This document shows, one piece after another, positions 10,807 through 20,800 of a stretch of DNA of 64,000 bases (its first letter is position 1; each line of letters opens with the position of its first letter). The DNA comes from Candidatus Obscuribacteraceae bacterium (GTDB taxonomy: Bacteria > Cyanobacteriota > Vampirovibrionia > Obscuribacterales > Obscuribacteraceae). The notes under the pieces are model-generated. The model was not told where the DNA came from. It did not search any database and saw only the letters and a program-made list of their open reading frames with translations. The DNA is taken from positions 96,001 through 160,000 of the forward strand of contig JBGAHS010000011.1 of assembly GCA_044226015.1 (NCBI GenBank), in the 5' to 3' direction. The translations under genes were made by a program, and so were the position numbers.

Positions 10807-11661
10807 ATGAATGAACTGCACTTAAGCAAGAACGAATTACTTGGTTCAAGCGAGCAAAAATCAAGTCAATCTTGGATTGCAAATTATGCTGCTGACGTAT
10901 GGCAGAACCCATCAGAGCACAAAACTGAAATAGCCCTGGGACTTGTTGGCGTGCTCGGAATCGCCACTGCCAGCACTCTGACGGCACGAAGATTAATCGG
11001 GCAAGTAGAAGAAAGAAAGATAGGCTCTCTTCTTGGCGATGGCACTTTAGCTAAGCAAGTTCCTGTGTCGCCTGCTGAGCGATTCTACAAAATGCCAGAT
11101 AGAGAAGTACAGAAACTTGTGACAGATTTACAGGAGAACCATGGCATAAGGCTCAGCAGTTGGGGAAGTACGAGAATTGAGGGTACAGAAAACGAAACCT
11201 TGAAAGTACTTCGCAGTTCCAACGGTGCGGCACTTAAAGTAGAGCAAGGCGAGCAAACTTTATTCGCACACAAAATAAACACGAGCACTACGGGCGATAC
11301 TACATTTTCCTACTACACAAGAGGTCCTCTCCAACTTAAGAACCCATGGATCACTGATGAAGCTGTGGCTTGGCCGCTCAAGACCGGCGGTCCGGTTGAC
11401 GGATTGAAATCGCTGGGTGCGGAGATACTAGAAATGCAAAAGCCCCGAGGTTTTCACTACTCACCTGACCTGAACAAAATTACTTTTAAATGGACAGATA
11501 TGAAGGTTACGTTGGAACCCAGGCTTGCATCGACACTGGCACGATCTCCCGGCAAACAAGAGCTTGGCGAAATCACGGTAAGCGGCAAAGATGCAGCCAT
11601 AACAGGTCTTGGTGAAATTAGCGTTGCAAAGGCTCGTTTCAGTTTCAACGGCAAATTTTGA
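10807..11661 (+). CDS. Hypothetical protein with one N-proximal hydrophobic helix
   Basis: 284-aa ORF containing IALGLVGVLGIATASTL. Confidence 0.65.
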   Translation: MNELHLSKNELLGSSEQKSSQSWIANYAADVWQNPSEHKTEIALGLVGVLGIATASTLTARRLIGQVEERKIGSLLGDGTLAKQVPVSPAERFYKMPDREVQKLVTDLQENHGIRLSSWGSTRIEGTENETLKVLRSSNGAALKVEQGEQTLFAHKINTSTTGDTTFSYYTRGPLQLKNPWITDEAVAWPLKTGGPVDGLKSLGAEILEMQKPRGFHYSPDLNKITFKWTDMKVTLEPRLASTLARSPGKQELGEITVSGKDAAITGLGEISVAKARFSFNGKF

Positions 11662-11807
11662 GCTAGCTTTAGCCAGATTACAGTTCCACTAATTTCCCAA
11701 GCTAGCAACGTGAACGTTGGATTAGATCCGCTTCTTATATGTGAACGCTCAAATGTAATGTCGATCAGTTCGTTCGTTTTGTACAAGCAGCGCTATAATT
11801 TCAGTCT

Positions 11808-12887
11808 ATGCTAAACGATCAGTCTGAATTGACACATGCAGCTCTTTCGAATGGCCAATTCATCGAGAAGCTGCTGAAAATAATCGACACCCAAGCCGTA
11901 CTCGGCTCGGCGGAATTCGACCTGGACCAATTTATGCAGATAGTTGTAAGCAATATGCAAGAGCTGACAAGAGCTAGCGGAGCCATTATTGAGCTCATTG
12001 AAGGAGATTCACTTGTTTATAAAGCTGCATGTGGAACAGCAGCCCCGTTCGTCAATCTCCGCGTTTTGAGGTCTCAGAGTTTATCAGGACAGTGTGCAAG
12101 AGATCGAGAAATCAAAATTTGTGATGACACCAGCACTGATAATAGAGTCGATAAAAACGCATGCCAGAAAGTCGGCGCAGCATCAATGATTTGTGTTCCC
12201 CTGGCAAGAGGCACAGAAGTTGTAGGTGTTTTGAAAGTTGTTTCAGATCAGAAGCATCAATTCAATCAAACTGACGTGCAAACCCTCAGGCTGATGGCTG
12301 GTCTTTTAGGCGGAACACTTGGACAACAAATTGAAATTTCCAAACGACTCGAGCTTGAACATAGTTTGCGATATCAATCACATCATGATGGTTTGACTGG
12401 TTTGCCTAACCGAACACTTTTTTATGATCGACTGGGTCATGCTATCAGAAGAAGCGTCCGAAACAAATGTGCTCTTGCTCTTCTGTACATGGATATTGAT
12501 CACTTCAAATCTGTAAATGATACACATGGACACCTGGTCGGCGACCTTCTCCTCAAACAATTCAGCGAGAGAATACAGAATGTACTTCGCGCTTCTGACA
12601 CATTTTCTCGCTTAGGTGGAGATGAATTCACTGTGATTTTGGAAGACATTAACGATTCCAAACAGGTAGACACAGTTGCCGAAAAAATTGTAAAAGCTGC
12701 AAAAGAGGAATTCGACCTTGGAGATCGCAAACTACTAGTGAGCTCAAGTGTCGGAGTTGCTCTGAGTGAGAATGCATGCGTTGACCCTGATTACTTGATT
12801 AAACTAGCAGATTCAGCATTGTATGCTGCAAAAAAATCCGGAAGGGCTTGTTATGCGTACTCTGAAGTATCGATTTACGGCTTCTGA
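11808..12887 (+). CDS. GAF-domain diguanylate cyclase
   Basis: N-terminal GAF (SMICVPLARGTEVVGVL), HDGLTGLPNR, DIDHFKSVNDTHGH, RxxD I-site (RASD) and intact RLGGDEF. Confidence 0.93.
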   Translation: MLNDQSELTHAALSNGQFIEKLLKIIDTQAVLGSAEFDLDQFMQIVVSNMQELTRASGAIIELIEGDSLVYKAACGTAAPFVNLRVLRSQSLSGQCARDREIKICDDTSTDNRVDKNACQKVGAASMICVPLARGTEVVGVLKVVSDQKHQFNQTDVQTLRLMAGLLGGTLGQQIEISKRLELEHSLRYQSHHDGLTGLPNRTLFYDRLGHAIRRSVRNKCALALLYMDIDHFKSVNDTHGHLVGDLLLKQFSERIQNVLRASDTFSRLGGDEFTVILEDINDSKQVDTVAEKIVKAAKEEFDLGDRKLLVSSSVGVALSENACVDPDYLIKLADSALYAAKKSGRACYAYSEVSIYGF

Positions 12888-12926
12888 GCCAGCTCAGAAC
12901 CAACGAAAATGTTCTTACAAGAATGC

Positions 12927-13601
12927 TTAAAATATGCAGCTTGAGTCAGCATGAATGAGTTCGAATACTTCGGCGTATTCCCCCTTCATTGTCATGGCTG
13001 CACGGTATTTCGCCAATCCCTCCACAGCGGCAAGATAATTGACACCAGCAACCTGCGAAAAGTGCTCTGCTAAAGCCATTAATTTGGTTTCCATAGCTGA
13101 AGAAATGTCGAAAGCAATTTGGTGCTGATTAATCGGATTCCAAACCTCATAGCCGAGAACCTTTCCAACTGTATGAGGTTTTCCAGCTGCAGCGGGATAC
13201 CAGGGTCCCTTTGCTGCTTCAATTGCAGAAATCGTCAATCTATTTATGACTACATGATCCGGGAAATGATCCGAACTAGAATGAGTAAACACAATTTCAG
13301 GAGCATACTCACGTATGAGCCTTATCAGATCAACTTTATTCTCTTTAGTGAAGGAGCAAAGTCCGTCTGGCATCCCCAAAAACTCTATCGCATTAGCTCC
13401 AATAATCTGGGCAGAACGTCGTGCTTCCTCTTTTCGCCGTGAAGCTAGTTCATCGCAAGGTTCGCTCAAACTCCCCTCTTCACCATTGGTAGCAACAACA
13501 TGTATTAATTCAAAGCCTCTTTCTCTCAGCAGAATTTCAGTGCCTGCACAGCCTATTTCAATATCATCTGGGTGTGCACCGATAGACATAACTGTTCTCA
13601 T
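12927..13601 (-). CDS. PIG-L/LmbE-family N-acetyl-sugar deacetylase
   Basis: GAHPDDIEIG, TNGEEG, RRKEEA and DHFPDH zinc-binding motifs. Confidence 0.9.
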   Translation of the reverse strand: MRTVMSIGAHPDDIEIGCAGTEILLRERGFELIHVVATNGEEGSLSEPCDELASRRKEEARRSAQIIGANAIEFLGMPDGLCSFTKENKVDLIRLIREYAPEIVFTHSSSDHFPDHVVINRLTISAIEAAKGPWYPAAAGKPHTVGKVLGYEVWNPINQHQIAFDISSAMETKLMALAEHFSQVAGVNYLAAVEGLAKYRAAMTMKGEYAEVFELIHADSSCIF

Positions 13602-14767
13602 GCCGAATTCCTTCGTGCAATTACATCAGCAATTATGGATGAGGGTGAGCGATCCATCGGCGGGTGCTTGAAGCTTGGCTTGCTCTCGGCATTTGCCAGA
13701 AGCTCGCAAGTCCTTTTGAAAACGAACGAAGGGTCACTTCCAATTACTTGGGTGGTTCCGTTGCCAATTCCGTCACATCTCTCGCTTGCGTCTCGCAGAA
13801 CAAGTACGTTTTTACCGAGGAAAGCGGCCTCTTCCTGAACACCGCCAGAATCAGTCAGAATCAGAGTTGATTCTGACATCAAGCGCAGAAACTCAGGGTA
13901 TTCTATCGGTGGGCAAAGTATCACATTTGGAATAGCGTCAAAAACCTCGCAAGCAAGATTGCTCACGGCAGGACTTGGATGCACAGGAAATATAAAACAT
14001 GACTGGGGCTGCTGCTCTGCCACCATTCGCAGTGCCTCCATAATAGGTTTCAATGAAACTGACCCTTGCGCCCTTCGGTGTAAAGTCATCAGAACAGTTT
14101 TTGCATATTTAGCTAAATCATGTTCAGCAAGTTTTTTTGATGTACCAACGCGCCGTGAGGAAGCACTCATTTGGGAGATTGCATCATACAAGGTATTCCC
14201 AGTCACAGTAATATTCTCCGGTTTCACTCCGTCAGCAATCAAATTCTTATGTGCATTCTCTGATGTTGCAAAATGATGGGCAGACATCTTAGTAATACAC
14301 TGACGATTAAATTCTTCGGGAAACGGCGAGTCGAGAAGAAAGGTGCGCAATCCGGCTTCCAGATGAAAGAAAGGAATGCCATGATAAAACGATGAAAGCG
14401 CTGCAGCATAACAAGTCGTGGTATCACCATGAGCCAGCACCAGATCGGGTTTCTCCTTTGCAAACATGTTTTCCAGTGCCAAAAGAAGATTCGAAGTCAA
14501 CTGCGAAAGTGACTGACCTTTACGCATTACTTGTAAATCGAAGTCAGGTTTGAGATCAAATGCTGCTAGTGCTTGCGTTAGCAATTCCTGATGCTGTCCC
14601 GTCGAAATAAGCCTGGTTGTTAGTTCCTCGCGGGTTGTCAGAGCTTTATAAACTGGTGCTGTCTTTATTGCCTCAGGCCGTGTTCCAATCACTATGTGCA
14701 CATTTGTCTTTTTCGCACCAGCAGTTAAATTTGCAGCTGCACTGTTTGAACAATTCATTTTCGTCAT
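13598..14767 (-). CDS. wecB: UDP-N-acetylglucosamine 2-epimerase (non-hydrolysing)
   Basis: GTRPEAIK, TGQH, HGDTTT, HLEAGLR, PFPEEFNR and TDSGGVQEEA. It overlaps the next gene by 4 bp (ATGA). Confidence 0.93.
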   Translation of the reverse strand: MTKMNCSNSAAANLTAGAKKTNVHIVIGTRPEAIKTAPVYKALTTREELTTRLISTGQHQELLTQALAAFDLKPDFDLQVMRKGQSLSQLTSNLLLALENMFAKEKPDLVLAHGDTTTCYAAALSSFYHGIPFFHLEAGLRTFLLDSPFPEEFNRQCITKMSAHHFATSENAHKNLIADGVKPENITVTGNTLYDAISQMSASSRRVGTSKKLAEHDLAKYAKTVLMTLHRRAQGSVSLKPIMEALRMVAEQQPQSCFIFPVHPSPAVSNLACEVFDAIPNVILCPPIEYPEFLRLMSESTLILTDSGGVQEEAAFLGKNVLVLRDASERCDGIGNGTTQVIGSDPSFVFKRTCELLANAESKPSFKHPPMDRSPSSIIADVIARRNSA

Positions 14768-14780
14768 TTTTTATCGCTCA

Positions 14781-15488
14781 TTATTTATTTGCGTATTCGC
14801 TATTTTTCAATGCCTCAGCGATGATCTTTGAAGCAACACTGAAAGCTTCTCGAGAGATTCGACAGGACTCTTTTACATCTTTAGCAAGCACAGCAGCTAC
14901 TAATCGTTCGCCGTTTTCAATGCAGCCCAAGAGTACTTCCTCATTCTCATATGACTGGTACATGCTAGCAACGCGATAGCGTGCAGCCTGGTCATAAAGC
15001 AATTCTCTAATTTTCAACAACCAATCAGAGCCGCAATTCTTCACCAATGAAAAAAGGAAAACTCGTTGCAAGCGATCCCACTCGACTGGATCAATTTTCT
15101 TGTTTACTCTGGGGTCGATGTATCTTGAAAATTTATGCCAACTGGACAGAATATCAGCTTCCCAATTCGCATCACCATTGCTGATGGCTAGTTGGAGCGC
15201 AAGGTCTTCGATGTGAGCACGAACCAAATAAATGTCCTCCAGTTCTTTCAAGGAGAGGGACGATACACAAAAACCACACTGTTCTTCGACTCGTACAAAT
15301 CCGCTTACTGTCAGTTTTGCCAGAGCCTCTCGCAATGGGCTAACGCTAGTTCCATATCGATCCTTTAAAGAATCCATCAGCAACCGCTCATCGGGAGCCA
15401 AGGTTCCATTCAAGATGTCAGCTTGCAAGCGTTCCATAACTTGAGTTGTTTTGGTCGGCTTAGTTGTTTTCTTATTGACCTGGCTCAT
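14781..15488 (-). CDS. GntR-family (FCD; CsiR/GlaR-like) transcriptional regulator
   Basis: Winged HTH (ILNGTLAPDERL...YGTSVSPLREAL) plus an FCD-type domain with GDANWEADIL. In-frame ATG at 15488; the ORF track starts at TTG 15497. Confidence 0.88.
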   Translation of the reverse strand: MSQVNKKTTKPTKTTQVMERLQADILNGTLAPDERLLMDSLKDRYGTSVSPLREALAKLTVSGFVRVEEQCGFCVSSLSLKELEDIYLVRAHIEDLALQLAISNGDANWEADILSSWHKFSRYIDPRVNKKIDPVEWDRLQRVFLFSLVKNCGSDWLLKIRELLYDQAARYRVASMYQSYENEEVLLGCIENGERLVAAVLAKDVKESCRISREAFSVASKIIAEALKNSEYANK

Positions 15489-15555
15489 TCTCCGCAACCT
15501 CTAACTGAAGCTCCGGCGAACGACCGGGCTATTGACATTCCTTGATTACGAAATC

Positions 15556-15598
15556 AGAATAGCACGATTTTCGAAAATCCCTAGAATTTTCGAAAATT
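15556..15598 (-). promoter_or_regulatory. Two tandem 14-bp palindromes next to an extended -10 element: putative GntR operator
   Basis: GATTTTCGAAAATC (15566-15579) and AATTTTCGAAAATT (15585-15598) are both perfect palindromes. TGCTATTCT lies on the minus strand at 15556-15564. Confidence 0.7.
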
Positions 15599-15824
15599 AC
15601 ACGTAGAAGGCAGAAAATCATTGCCTGCCTTAGGCTTAAAGGCGAAAAGCAGCATTTCTGAAGCTCATTAGTTCATTAATTTTCAGATTTTAGGAAAGTG
15701 GCCCCGGCAGTAGAAGGCTCCAAGAAAGAATCATCACATAAGCTCAATAGAATCAAATATTCAAATGTATGCATGTTTGCACACGAACACTTGAACAAGA
15801 AGGAAGAGAAAGGAGAAAAACGAT

Positions 15825-16199
15825 ATGTCACTGGCAAACACTTCTGAACAAACTCTATTTGACGATGTACTAATTCCATTCTTACGTGAGAAATGGCATG
15901 ACATCGACCAGATCGACACGGACTCGAAAAGAAAAGATGGACGTCTTACTCACGATGAATTGACAGATGCCTACAAGACAGCGTTGAAAGAAAAACGGTC
16001 AATCGATGCGTGGATCCTAAATGAAATCCTAAAACGCTACGACAAATTGTGCCTCTCTTACGACGACGGCTATTGGTGGCGAGATGAGTCTATTCTCGGA
16101 ATCTCAGAGGAAGATGTGTCGGTTTATAGACAACTTGCCGCAATTAAATCCAAAAGGATGAAAAGCAAACCCACTCCCAAACCATGGTTGCAGAGCTGA
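15825..16199 (+). CDS. Small protein with an EF-hand-like motif
   Basis: AGGAG RBS; DQIDTDSKRKDGRLTHDEL resembles an EF-hand loop with an insertion. Confidence 0.65.
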   Translation: MSLANTSEQTLFDDVLIPFLREKWHDIDQIDTDSKRKDGRLTHDELTDAYKTALKEKRSIDAWILNEILKRYDKLCLSYDDGYWWRDESILGISEEDVSVYRQLAAIKSKRMKSKPTPKPWLQS

Positions 16200-16242
16200 C
16201 ACTCATTCGAGTGTACTAATAAACTAAAAACGATAAAATAAC

Positions 16243-17373
16243 ATGTCCATCTCTAAATCGATATCCGGTGACATTTACCTTGCTGTAGCAACCGTCGCCA
16301 TTTTGTTTGCACTGTTGTATGCAGCCATTCATGAACTCATGGATGTCTCGAAACAGGAAGAACGAGCTTACGAGGTTCTAAGCACTGTATCCTCTGTGCA
16401 CGATCTAATTAGCGAAATCAATGACGCTGAATCGGCAAAGAGAGGCTATGTAATTACTGGCAAATCCGATTTTCTGGAACCTTATATCAGAGCAAAGACC
16501 AACGTTCCAAAATTGCTACTGGAATTATCGAAAGAACAAAATCAACACACACAACAAAAGCGACTATCTAATTTAAAAGATCTCGTTCAGAAGAGACTTC
16601 GCATGATGGACGAGATCGTTTTACTAGCACAAAAAGGTGAATTTAACGAAGCATCCCAAATCATAAGCTCTAAGAGCGGTCTCTATGCGCACAACGCAAT
16701 AAGAAATGAGGCAAACAAACTCATCGATTCGGAAACAGAGCTGCTCCTTAAAGACCTCGTCCGCGCATCTGAATCCAGAGAATGGGCTTCCAAATTCTTG
16801 CTGGTCTTTGGCTCGTTTAGCTCAATTGCGCTGGTACTTCTGTTGCAGCGGCTCCACGTTCTGCATTCGAGACTTATTGATGCTGCGATGAAGGATGAGC
16901 TTACGGGCTTGCTAAACCGAAGGGCACTGATGGATCTCTCCGAGAAGTATATCGAATTCTCAGCAAGGCAAGAATTGCAATGTGCTGTAATTTTTGCTGA
17001 TCTCGACGGACTTAAGAAGATCAACGACGAATTCGGCCATCATCTAGGCTCGGAAGCAATTGCGAATTTCGCAAAAGTGTTTTCATCTGCATTGAGAAAA
17101 AGTGACCTGGTCTGTCGTTACGGTGGGGACGAATTCGTAGCATTGCTGAGCATAAAAACCGAAGATTCGGTCCAAGTACTTATCTCAAGAATCAACGCAC
17201 TGCTTGATGAAGAGAAGCATTCAAACAACGGAAAACCAAGCCTGCGCGCAAGTATAGGGTGGAATCTTGTGGAAGGCTCAAGCTGGGAGGCAGTTAACAC
17301 TGCTATCGAAAAAGCGGACCACAAAATGTACATGGTGAAGAAAGAACGCAAACAAAAGGCTCAACCCACCTGA
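16243..17373 (+). CDS. CHASE3-domain membrane diguanylate cyclase
   Basis: TM helix, CHASE3 signature DAESAKRGYVITGKSDFLEPY, second TM helix, DELTGLLNRR, RKSD I-site and RYGGDEF. Confidence 0.92.
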   Translation: MSISKSISGDIYLAVATVAILFALLYAAIHELMDVSKQEERAYEVLSTVSSVHDLISEINDAESAKRGYVITGKSDFLEPYIRAKTNVPKLLLELSKEQNQHTQQKRLSNLKDLVQKRLRMMDEIVLLAQKGEFNEASQIISSKSGLYAHNAIRNEANKLIDSETELLLKDLVRASESREWASKFLLVFGSFSSIALVLLLQRLHVLHSRLIDAAMKDELTGLLNRRALMDLSEKYIEFSARQELQCAVIFADLDGLKKINDEFGHHLGSEAIANFAKVFSSALRKSDLVCRYGGDEFVALLSIKTEDSVQVLISRINALLDEEKHSNNGKPSLRASIGWNLVEGSSWEAVNTAIEKADHKMYMVKKERKQKAQPT

Positions 17374-17511
17374 GCCATTGGCTGCGAAGAGACAACAAAA
17401 GATACGTACAAACTCGTATTGACACGCCCGATCTTGGGCCAATTTCCGCACGTATGTTGCACGTATTGAGTGCTAATTTGAGAGCGGGTTAAGGATTCGG
17501 GGAGCTCTCAA

Positions 17512-17691
17512 ATGAACCAGCAATCAGATGAACAAAACATTCTCGGCAGCATTTTTGGCGTTTCCGAACTTACATTCAACGAAAATCCCGCAGAGACGGC
17601 AGCTTGCTCAGTCGTAGTCGCGGAGAACGCACTAGTTTTTCTTGCTTGGGACTTTGGTACAAACGAATCCGAAAAGAAAACCAAGCGGTAA
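17512..17691 (+). CDS. Possible 59-aa small protein
   Basis: ATG at 17512 preceded by GGGGAG; MNQQSDEQNILGSIFGVSELTFNENPAETAACSVVVAENALVFLAWDFGTNESEKKTKR*. Just under the ORF-track cutoff. Confidence 0.35.
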   Translation: MNQQSDEQNILGSIFGVSELTFNENPAETAACSVVVAENALVFLAWDFGTNESEKKTKR

Positions 17692-17838
17692 TCTTTGTGC
17701 CTCACATAACGTTAGCTAGTAACGGGAACGGTTGCTGGCACATCAACTGCAGGTTATAACATCGAAGAAAGTGGCAAGTTGAAAATGGTACACAAGCTGG
17801 CGGCTTGATACCGCTACAAACGAGAACAGGTATCAAGC

Positions 17839-20800
17839 ATGAGCGCCGAAGAGCAAGAAAAGAAACCTGAAACCGCGAATGAGAACCAAGAAAGTCAAAT
17901 TGAACCGCAGAAAGACACCTCAGCTGCGGTTTGGAATCAATCCGAATTTAAAGATGTTCCAAACGAAACTGCAAATAAAGAACTAAAACCTCTAAGCTCC
18001 GAACACCTCAGCAAATTGCAGGGACAGTCTGCGACCGTGTCCCTGTCCGACGACGGCAAGAACGTTGCGCAAAACAAAGTTGGGCTGAATGCCGCAAGTA
18101 AAGAAGAGAAAAACGGAGCGTCCGATTCAAAAGACGGCTCCAGCAAATCCGTTGACTCTAAGGATCAAAACAATCGTTTGAAGGAACCGCACGATAAGAA
18201 CACGGCTTCCGATTCAAAAGACGGCTCCAACAAATCCGTTGACTCTAAGGATCAAAACAATCGTTTGAAGGATCCGCACGATAAGAACACGGCTTCCGAT
18301 TCAAAAGATGGCTCCAACAAATCCGTTGACTCCAAGGATCCAAACAATAAGAAGGATCCACAAGATAAGAACACGGCTTCCGATTCAAAAGATCTCAATC
18401 TGCAAAAGGCACTACAACTAGTCGATCCTTCCAATGAATTAAAGCACACTATTCATGTGCTCGAAACATTTCAAAAAGAGCATCTAACAGGGGGTCCACA
18501 AGACGCCAAGACAAGGAATCTTTTGGAACCGATTGGAATTGGAACCGAGAATCAAGCGTTAAGCAAGACTGACGATAAAGCAGGCGCCTCGACGACCGAA
18601 AAAGATGGGGCACATCCAACTGAGTCTGGAAAATCAAAAGATAAATCTGGTCCTGAAAAACCGCTAGTAAAGCCCGACCAAAAAGCAAAAGATGCACAAT
18701 CAAAAGCCGAAACAAGCGAAGAGTCAAAACCACCCTCAAAAGCAGCAGATTCCAAAGCAGAAAATAAAAGCCATAAAGTTGACCTGGACAAAGATGGAAA
18801 TCTTAGTAAGGTTCAGCTCTTGCAAGATAAAAGCACATGGACCAAAGTCAAAGATGACCTTTTCGTAAAAGACGGAACGAACCCGCCTAAGTATGGAGCC
18901 TTCGAACTCAAGAAAGATGGCACACTCGTACAAGATGAATTCAACGCAAAAGGACAACGCATCAGTAACACCATCCACCTAACAGATGGCTCAAGCGTCA
19001 AGAATGATGCAAAAGGAACCGAGCTAAGAACAGCTGGCGGCGACAAGATTAGATGGGAAGGGCGTGGCAAAGGAGAACAATCTTTATCAGTTAACGGACA
19101 AGAATACAAATCCACTGATGGCGGCAAAACGTTTATTGATTCAAAAGGTGAGAGAATCAAAGCTGAACTGAAAGAGAACGGCACTTTCAAGCGGGAATTT
19201 ATAGACCGAGAACCTAAGAGTTCGGAACTGCTTTCTCTAAGTGGAGAAAAGTTCAAGCTTAATGAAAAGGGTGCAGTCACAGAAGCAACCGTCAAAGGAA
19301 TCAATTACAAATTCGACGAGAATCAGCGCGTCACCGAATCAACAAACAATGGTATCACCACAAAATTCAACTACGAAGGGAAGTCTCAAGTTCCAAAAAG
19401 TCTCGAAGTAAACGGACAGAAATTTGAAGTAAGTAGAAGCGAAAAAGGCATTTCAATTGTCGGCAAAGCTGCAGACTCTGACAAACTCGCCAAAGTAAAT
19501 GAGGATCTTCATCCGGCTTTTAAGAGCGCAGCCCTTGTATTGAAAGACGAGCAAGGAAGGACGCAAAGCATACAGCGAAGCAATGGAGAAAAAATAGAGT
19601 TTGGATACGCAGAGAGCGGCAATAAACTGACCAGCATCCGAACAAGCAAAGATGGAAAAACAGAAGAACTTAAAACTCAAGACGGCATAAAATGGGAAGG
19701 CAGAGACAGCTCAGGTAATTCAAAGACCTGGGAAGGCATCAAATACGTAGACGAGCATGGCAAGCTCACTGAGGCAAAAATTGTAAAAGGTGAAGATGGT
19801 CGCAGCCGAATTGAATCACAAATTACAAATCCTGCTGGAAAGGTGGAGACAAGATCCGTCGATCTAGATATAAAACTCAAGGAAATCAAAGAGATCACCA
19901 GCGGAAGTTTGCGAGGTCCTAACGGTGGAGATAAGGTAGACAAATTCGTAGCTTCTCTCAAGGACCTCTCAGGTCCAGAAATTCAACTATTGAATAAAGC
20001 GTATAATCCAGAGAATCCTAATGCTCTAAAGCAAGACCTTCAGGAAAAGATCAAAGAACTCCCTTCAAAAGAAAAAAGTTATCAGTGGGCGGAGATACAA
20101 GGACATTTGTCTCGCACGGGGCAAGCTGGTGAGCTGGATGCAATCAAGCTAGTTTCAGACGCAGCCAAAGCCAACGACCGTTACTTTAATGGTAGTCCGG
20201 ACTCCATTGCGCAAACCACCAGACAAACACTTCTCGGACAAACCGAACAGCAACGAATAAACACTGATGAAGCGTTGAAACGCCTTTACGGACCAGACCA
20301 TGGTCTGAGTACATTCTATGATTCTGGACCAGGCAAAACCATAGCAAAGGCAGATGAATTCACTAAAGCAGTAACCGATCTGGCATCAAAGAAGGGGGCT
20401 GAACTCCGAACACCCGAAGAGCAAAGCAAGCTCGCAAAGCTTGCCCTACAAGGTCCCAATGCTATCGAAAACTTCAGGCAGGCAACTGCACCTGATGCAT
20501 TCAGCAAAGAAGCTCGAGAGCACTTTGCAAAATCAGGAGGACTTGAGCTCATCGAGAATGGGGCAAGACGAACTGACGGTACCAGAACTGCTTTTACTAG
20601 CCTTCAAAAACAAGAACTAAAAGATCTCGCCCGTGACGGAAAAGAAAGTCCAGAAACTCAGTTTGCTAAAGGGGTCGGGCTTCTAACAAGTAACGCAGAA
20701 GAAGCTCTCAAAGATGCAGTAACACGCGTGGCAAATGACCCTGAAAAAAGGGCCAAGTATCTAAATGGCGAAGAACTAGCAAAAAGCGGGAAAGAAGCAA

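Noticed and set aside
18121..18393. 87-bp repeat as a CRISPR array
   Set aside because: There are no unique spacers, the unit length is a multiple of 3 inside an ORF, and no cas genes are present.
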